Below the pieces are notes generated by a model. That model was given only the letters and a program-made list of their open reading frames with translations, did no database searches and had not been told where the DNA came from. The position numbers and the translations under genes are program-made. DNA of 64,000 nucleotides. It comes from a virus. Shown here one piece after another: positions 59,177 to 64,000 of this stretch. How positions within the stretch are numbered: the stretch's first letter is position 1; each line of letters begins with the position of its first letter. Location: positions 9,727-73,726 of IMG/VR virus record IMGVR_UViG_3300009149_000022, one strand, 5' to 3'.

Positions 59177-59229
59177 TAAAGTTGATTGGGTAATCAACAA
59201 TTTCATAACCAAAAATAAAAGGAAAACTT

Positions 59230-60306
59230 ATGGACACAGTACAAACATTCGACACATTTAAACAAGATGTTCTTTCAAAGAAAATCGGAAGAAAACAAGT
59301 ATCACTATCCGAAATAAGATTGATTTCAGATAGTGCTTTAGAAATCAATGGACTCACACTAGCATTGTCCACCGAGGGATTTACATCCCTATTGAAAATA
59401 GTGGGCATATCTAAACAACTTAGAAGAAACCTTATTAAGCAGTATGGTGACTCTTTTGCCGATAATCTAGTATCTACACTAGGAAAAGCCTTGAATGCTT
59501 CTAAGAGCAACGTAACCCTATTGATAGATATGCGAAAAAGGAAAGTTATTAATATTGTTACGAATTCAAAGGTTATGATTTCAAACGAATCCTATTTATC
59601 AAATGTAGAAAGGGTTATTAATGATTCTAACTTATTGATAGATTCTATGATAGTTAGAGACAATGGTGGATTTACAATATCTACAATTGGTGACAATTCT
59701 GAATGGGGACTGAGTGGTGTAGAAAGTACAGAATCTTTTAAATTTGGATTAAATTTTGACAATGATCCGGTTAAAGGTACTAGATTGATGCCATATAACC
59801 AAAGACTTATATGTACTAATGGTATGATTGGTCAAGATTTCGTTGGTGTTCACCAATTGAATAACACTAAAGATTCCTGGGATGCTTTTTATCACAAAAT
59901 AGAAATATTGAAAAAAGATAATTATAAACCAATAGAATTTAGTTCTACTTTAAAATCCATAATGAATTCTGATGCATCACTTGAAGAATTAACACAAGCT
60001 AGAAACATTATTAAAGCTAATTCTAAAATTACCGATAATGAATTAGAAACATATGCACCTATTGGATCAACAGAGGAAGCTTACAAAAAATCGGGCGTTT
60101 TGATTGATTCTTTTAATAAAGAACAAAAGAAAAATGCAAAAACAGATGTTTCTTATTGGGAATTAATCAATGGTATTACGGATTTTGCAAGTCACAATTA
60201 TGGGTACGAATTGAAAAATTCTGATACACTTCAAAGATTTGCTGGTAGAATGTTTACTAAAAAACCCGATCTAACTAACTTAGTTAGAAATCCATTTTTA
60301 AATTAA
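59230..60306 (+). CDS. DUF932-like protein
   Basis: RLICTNGM motif and W.L.NG.T. Confidence 0.6.
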   Translation: MDTVQTFDTFKQDVLSKKIGRKQVSLSEIRLISDSALEINGLTLALSTEGFTSLLKIVGISKQLRRNLIKQYGDSFADNLVSTLGKALNASKSNVTLLIDMRKRKVINIVTNSKVMISNESYLSNVERVINDSNLLIDSMIVRDNGGFTISTIGDNSEWGLSGVESTESFKFGLNFDNDPVKGTRLMPYNQRLICTNGMIGQDFVGVHQLNNTKDSWDAFYHKIEILKKDNYKPIEFSSTLKSIMNSDASLEELTQARNIIKANSKITDNELETYAPIGSTEEAYKKSGVLIDSFNKEQKKNAKTDVSYWELINGITDFASHNYGYELKNSDTLQRFAGRMFTKKPDLTNLVRNPFLN

Positions 60307-60352
60307 AAAAAAAATCTAGTAGTTCATCAGGACTACTAGATTATTAAAATAT

Positions 60353-61096
60353 ATGAAATTACAAATAGGAACGATAAGTGATTTACACACAAGACACAAA
60401 GAGTGGTTTAATAATCTTCAATATGGTCAATGGGGTTATGAATACGAACAACGTTGGAAAGATTTAGATATTTTAATCTTTGCAGGTGATTGTTCTTCAA
60501 GGGGTTACTTTCACGAAATAAAAGATTTTCTTGACTGGTTTTCTAAACAACCTGCAACTTATAAAGTAATGATTGCTGGTAATCACGATTTTGGTTTTGA
60601 AGAAATTGCAAATTTTGATGAAAATAAACCACATAACCCTAAACAAAAACCACCAACAATTGAAGAAATCATTCCAGACAATGTGACTTACTTGAATGAT
60701 TCAGGTACAGAAATTATGGGATTGAAAATTTGGGGTTCACCTATTCAACCATGGTTTCATAATTGGGCATTTAATAGAATGAGGGGCGAAGAAATCAAAA
60801 AACATTGGGATTTGATTCCGAATGATACAGACATTTTAATTACACACGGACCACCTCGTGGTATCTTAGATAGAATTAATCCTAAGTTTGAAAGATATAA
60901 CGAAGACCCCAATGTTGGGTGTGATGATTTGTTAGAAGCAATACATAGAGTTAAACCAAAAGTAAATGTATTTGGACACATTCATGAAGGTTATGGTAAA
61001 TTAGAAAAGGATGGAACAACCTATATCAATGCAAGTTGCTTAGATGAAAATTATGGCCCAACGAATCCACCAATAATATTAGAATTAGAAATATGA
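60353..61096 (+). CDS. Calcineurin-like metallophosphoesterase
   Basis: SDLH, AGD, GNHD, THGPP, FGHIHEGYG. Confidence 0.92.
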   Translation: MKLQIGTISDLHTRHKEWFNNLQYGQWGYEYEQRWKDLDILIFAGDCSSRGYFHEIKDFLDWFSKQPATYKVMIAGNHDFGFEEIANFDENKPHNPKQKPPTIEEIIPDNVTYLNDSGTEIMGLKIWGSPIQPWFHNWAFNRMRGEEIKKHWDLIPNDTDILITHGPPRGILDRINPKFERYNEDPNVGCDDLLEAIHRVKPKVNVFGHIHEGYGKLEKDGTTYINASCLDENYGPTNPPIILELEI

Positions 61097-61386
61097 ACAT
61101 AAACAAAACATTAGATACTTACTTTTCATTTGGAAAAACATTAGGAGAATATTTTGGTACCATTATAACAGAAGGTGTAGAAGATTATCGACACTTTAAA
61201 TGGTACTATGAAGATGGTAGTGATGTGTCCTGGATAGAAGATGATGAATTTTATATGGGTGAAGTCTATGGTACATGTTGTTACAAAGGTGAAGATTTGA
61301 CCTTGTTTACAATTTATTCAGATTTTGGTGGTACATATCATGCCATTTTCGATAATGATATGTTTGATGAAAATTTAGAAGAATAA
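61093..61386 (+). CDS. Hypothetical acidic protein
   Basis: ORF track. Confidence 0.6.
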   Translation: MNINKTLDTYFSFGKTLGEYFGTIITEGVEDYRHFKWYYEDGSDVSWIEDDEFYMGEVYGTCCYKGEDLTLFTIYSDFGGTYHAIFDNDMFDENLEE

Positions 61387-61462
61387 AAATGTATTTGTCA
61401 AAATAAATGCGTATATTAGTGTTGTTGGTCAGTGAAGTTAAATAAGAAAAGATTTAGAAATT

Positions 61463-61885
61463 ATGGCAAATAAGAAAATTTTACATATTGACATGGATGG
61501 GGTAGTTGCTAACTACTTAGACCCTGAACACAATAAGAAATTTAAAGACTATAAAGACGAAGGATTCTTTAGAGGTTTGCCAGAAATCAATGGCATGCAA
61601 GATGCCATTTCAGCACTAGAAAGAAAATACGATATATTTTTCTTAACTACTGCACCATGGAGTTCACCAAGAGCATGGAAAGAAAAAAGGGAATGGGTAG
61701 AAGATAAATTTGGTGACCGTTTCAAAAAGAAAATCATCATGACACACCGAAAAGATATGATTTATGGTGATTATTTAGTTGATGATAGAACAGCTAACGG
61801 TGCAAAAGACTTTAAAGGTGAACACATTCACTTTGGAACAAAGAAATTTCCCGATTGGGAAGCAGTTTTAAAATATTTATTATGA
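61463..61885 (+). CDS. 5'(3')-deoxyribonucleotidase (NT5C, HAD)
   Basis: IDMDGV, TAPW, EKREWV, GDYLVDD. Confidence 0.9.
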   Translation: MANKKILHIDMDGVVANYLDPEHNKKFKDYKDEGFFRGLPEINGMQDAISALERKYDIFFLTTAPWSSPRAWKEKREWVEDKFGDRFKKKIIMTHRKDMIYGDYLVDDRTANGAKDFKGEHIHFGTKKFPDWEAVLKYLL

Positions 61886-61908
61886 ACAATTAAACCAATA
61901 ATATAATT

Positions 61909-62061
61909 ATGTCTAAAACACCCGCTATTAAATTTGGTATGACTATTTCGAATTTTGGTCTTGCTATAATTTTAAAAACCCGATATAAGATAGATTATAA
62001 AAATTCACTAACATTTCAAATAGCTTTTTTTAAGATTTGGGTTCATTTTAACAGAAAGTGA
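61909..62061 (+). CDS. 50-aa hypothetical protein (not in the ORF track)
   Basis: Open frame MSKTPAIKFG...VHFNRK with an A/T-rich leader. Confidence 0.45.
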   Translation: MSKTPAIKFGMTISNFGLAIILKTRYKIDYKNSLTFQIAFFKIWVHFNRK

Positions 62062-62158
62062 CAAAAAACACCTTTTTTGATTGCGAATTTTTATTTTTTA
62101 AGACCCATTGAATGAAATATTTAGATGGGTTTTTTGTTTTAATATTAAACAGATGATT

Positions 62159-63232
62159 ATGGGTGAACACAAATTTCCATATGATTGGACATTAAAAGAT
62201 GCAGTCTTTACAAAGGATAGAGGTTCTGTATTTTCTTGCTTTGCCTGTGGTGGTGGTTCTACTATGGGATATAAATTATCGGGTTTTAATGTTTTAGGAT
62301 GCAACGAAATAGACCCTAAAATGATTAGTGCATATCGTAAGAATCACAAACCACAATTTAGTTATCTAGAAGCAATACAAGACTTTAAACAACGAAAGGA
62401 CTTACCAAAAGAACTTTATAATTTAGATATTCTTGATGGTTCACCACCTTGTTCTAGTTTCAGTATATCCGGGAATAGAGAAAAGGATTGGGGAAAACAA
62501 AAGAAATTCCGGGAAGGACAAGCATTACAAGTTCTAGATACACTTTTCTTTGACTTTATTGACCTTGCAGAAGAATTAAAACCCAAAGTGGTTATTTCAG
62601 AAAACGTAAAAGGATTACTTTTAGGTGATGCTAAAGATTATGTTGAAAGAATTTACAAGGCATTTGATAAGGCAGGTTATACGTGTCAACATATATTATT
62701 GAATGCTCGTGATATGGGTGTTCCACAAAATAGAGAAAGAGTTTTCTTTATATGTCTTAGAAAGGATTTAGCAAATAAACTAATGAATCAACATAATTTA
62801 TTTGAACAAAAACCTATTATTGATTTGAGTTGGAACGAACCCCATATAACATGGGGGGAAATAATTGATGAAGATGATAACAATATGGATTTAAGTCCAT
62901 TAGATGCAGACCTTTGGGATAAGAAACAACCGGGAGATGTTGATTTATCTGATGCAAGTATTAGAGAACGTAATATATTATCAAGATTCAATGCCAAGTT
63001 TTTGTATAAACATAAATGTGCAAATACTATTACTGGTGGTGAACAATGTGTATTGTGGGATAAGAAACGTAAACGGAATCACAAAGAACTAATTCAATGT
63101 TCATCATTCCCAAGTGATTATGATTTCGAAGATAATAAACCTAGTTATATGATGGGTATGAGTGTTCCACCTATCATGGTTGCACAAATTGCTGATAGGG
63201 TTAATAAATTTTGGTTAAAAAAATTGAAATAA
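62159..63232 (+). CDS. dcm: C5 DNA cytosine methyltransferase (no cognate nuclease seen)
   Basis: FACGGG, GSPPC, ENVKG, PQNRERVF, GMSVPP. Confidence 0.93.
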   Translation: MGEHKFPYDWTLKDAVFTKDRGSVFSCFACGGGSTMGYKLSGFNVLGCNEIDPKMISAYRKNHKPQFSYLEAIQDFKQRKDLPKELYNLDILDGSPPCSSFSISGNREKDWGKQKKFREGQALQVLDTLFFDFIDLAEELKPKVVISENVKGLLLGDAKDYVERIYKAFDKAGYTCQHILLNARDMGVPQNRERVFFICLRKDLANKLMNQHNLFEQKPIIDLSWNEPHITWGEIIDEDDNNMDLSPLDADLWDKKQPGDVDLSDASIRERNILSRFNAKFLYKHKCANTITGGEQCVLWDKKRKRNHKELIQCSSFPSDYDFEDNKPSYMMGMSVPPIMVAQIADRVNKFWLKKLK

Positions 63233-63234
63233 AT

Positions 63235-63266
63235 CTTGTAATACTCAAATAAAATCGTTATATTAG
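63235..63266 (+). promoter_or_regulatory. Bacteroidota-type promoter (CTTG-N20-TATATTAG)
   Basis: Same spacing as 59145; TATATTAG also at 58229 and 61412. Confidence 0.5.
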
Positions 63267-63327
63267 TATTGTCAGTTTGTTTCAACACGTACTGATATTA
63301 TATGTTCAACTTTTAAAAACTACTATT

Positions 63328-63558
63328 ATGGAAAAAATTATTAGAAATTATGGAGATTCCGACATTGTGGGGTATTTGGTTTTAGAACTATTGGTTAAAG
63401 ATCAAAGTGTAAAAAGAATGGTTACATTACCACTAGGTCCTGAAAGTTCAAACATTACTTTCAAAGATTTGGGTGATTTTGCATTTGACCACTATTATAA
63501 AAATTATGATAGTGATAGTGTATATGGATTTAGTTATAGAATTATTGAAAAAGATTAA
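63328..63558 (+). CDS. Hypothetical protein
   Basis: Start revised to ATG 63328. Confidence 0.55.
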   Translation: MEKIIRNYGDSDIVGYLVLELLVKDQSVKRMVTLPLGPESSNITFKDLGDFAFDHYYKNYDSDSVYGFSYRIIEKD

Positions 63559-63640
63559 GTACTTAAACCAATGATTATGATGAGAATTAGATTCAAAGCA
63601 CCGGATGTTAAAAGAAGTTACTTGAAGTAATTTTTATTGC

Positions 63641-63695
63641 ATATAACGGTTAGTATATGAGCCGTTTTTTCTATGGCTTATATACATTGTTAGCA
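63641..63695 (+). repeat. attC-like imperfect palindrome
   Basis: ATATAAC...GTATATGAGCC-loop-GGCTTATATAC...GTTAGCA. Confidence 0.65.
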
Positions 63696-63734
63696 TTAGT
63701 ACGGATTATAATATTAACGAATAAAATAAATAAA

Positions 63735-63866
63735 ATGAAAAATCCAATAAGAAAAATATTACCACCATCAATTAAAATAACTTCAAATTATAAGTGGCAC
63801 AAAAGATTATATGTATTAATTAAGAACCCTATAACTTACCTATTTAAAGGTTATGTGGAGTATTAA
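63735..63866 (+). CDS. 43-aa ORF within a cassette-like unit
   Basis: Bounded by GTTAGCATTA (63689) and its exact reverse complement TAATGCTAAC (63864), which contains the stop codon. Confidence 0.55.
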   Translation: MKNPIRKILPPSIKITSNYKWHKRLYVLIKNPITYLFKGYVEY

Positions 63867-64000
63867 TGCTAACGGTTAGTATAAGATTAGTGCGCTAACC
63901 ACACAAATTATTACTTCAAAAAATACTAATGTATAGTAACATATTAACTTTTTATTCGTATAATTACATAAACAAACTTTAAAACAATGAAAAAAGAAAA

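Noticed and set aside
2383-63092. Numerous antisense ORFs in the track (e.g. 11222-11659, 32251-32811, 33067-33600, 40920-41231)
   Set aside because: Nearly all are shadows of well-supported genes on the opposite strand, or low-complexity AT-rich frames, with no motifs
62159-63232. Complete restriction-modification system
   Set aside because: No adjacent endonuclease; an orphan methyltransferase is common in phages, and its target cannot be read from the sequence
1-64000. Stop-codon reassignment (TAG or TGA), as in Lak and some crAss-like phages
   Set aside because: Core genes are intact under code 11, and TAG and TGA end genes at sensible positions; the lone internal stops are TAA, the main terminator
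1-64000. tRNA or rRNA genes
   Set aside because: No cloverleaf or T-loop/D-loop pattern was recognised in the intergenic gaps; not confirmed with tRNAscan

Overview
Very AT-rich, gene-dense 64 kb segment of a T4-like jumbo myophage genome (standard genetic code). The host is probably Bacteroidota, inferred from the lack of Shine-Dalgarno signals, TTTG-N20-TAnnTT(A/T)R promoters and Flavobacteria-like genes. It carries the replication/recombination core (PolB, clamp, UvsX, gp41 helicase, gp46/47, clamp loader, RNase H) and head genes (gp4, gp2, portal, protease-scaffold fusion, major capsid). It also has tail genes (terminator, hub chaperones, tape measure, tube, sheath), two sigma factors, lysis genes and an accessory region (ClpP, ThyA, ATP-grasp, GNAT, HAD, MazG-like, Dcm). 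Highlights: (1) a three-piece family-B DNA polymerase, split in the fingers with the clamp gene between the pieces, and split again in catalytic motif C by a naturally split intein; (2) two loci where a GIY-YIG endonuclease sits between a gene and an orphaned second copy of that gene's 3' end; (3) a ThyA with an in-frame endonuclease insertion and no splicing motifs; (4) a dispersed set of late-promoter-driven enzymes with T4-like capsid-targeting leaders; (5) an integron-like attC/gene-cassette structure at the right edge. All functional calls come from reading motifs by eye; no database search was run.
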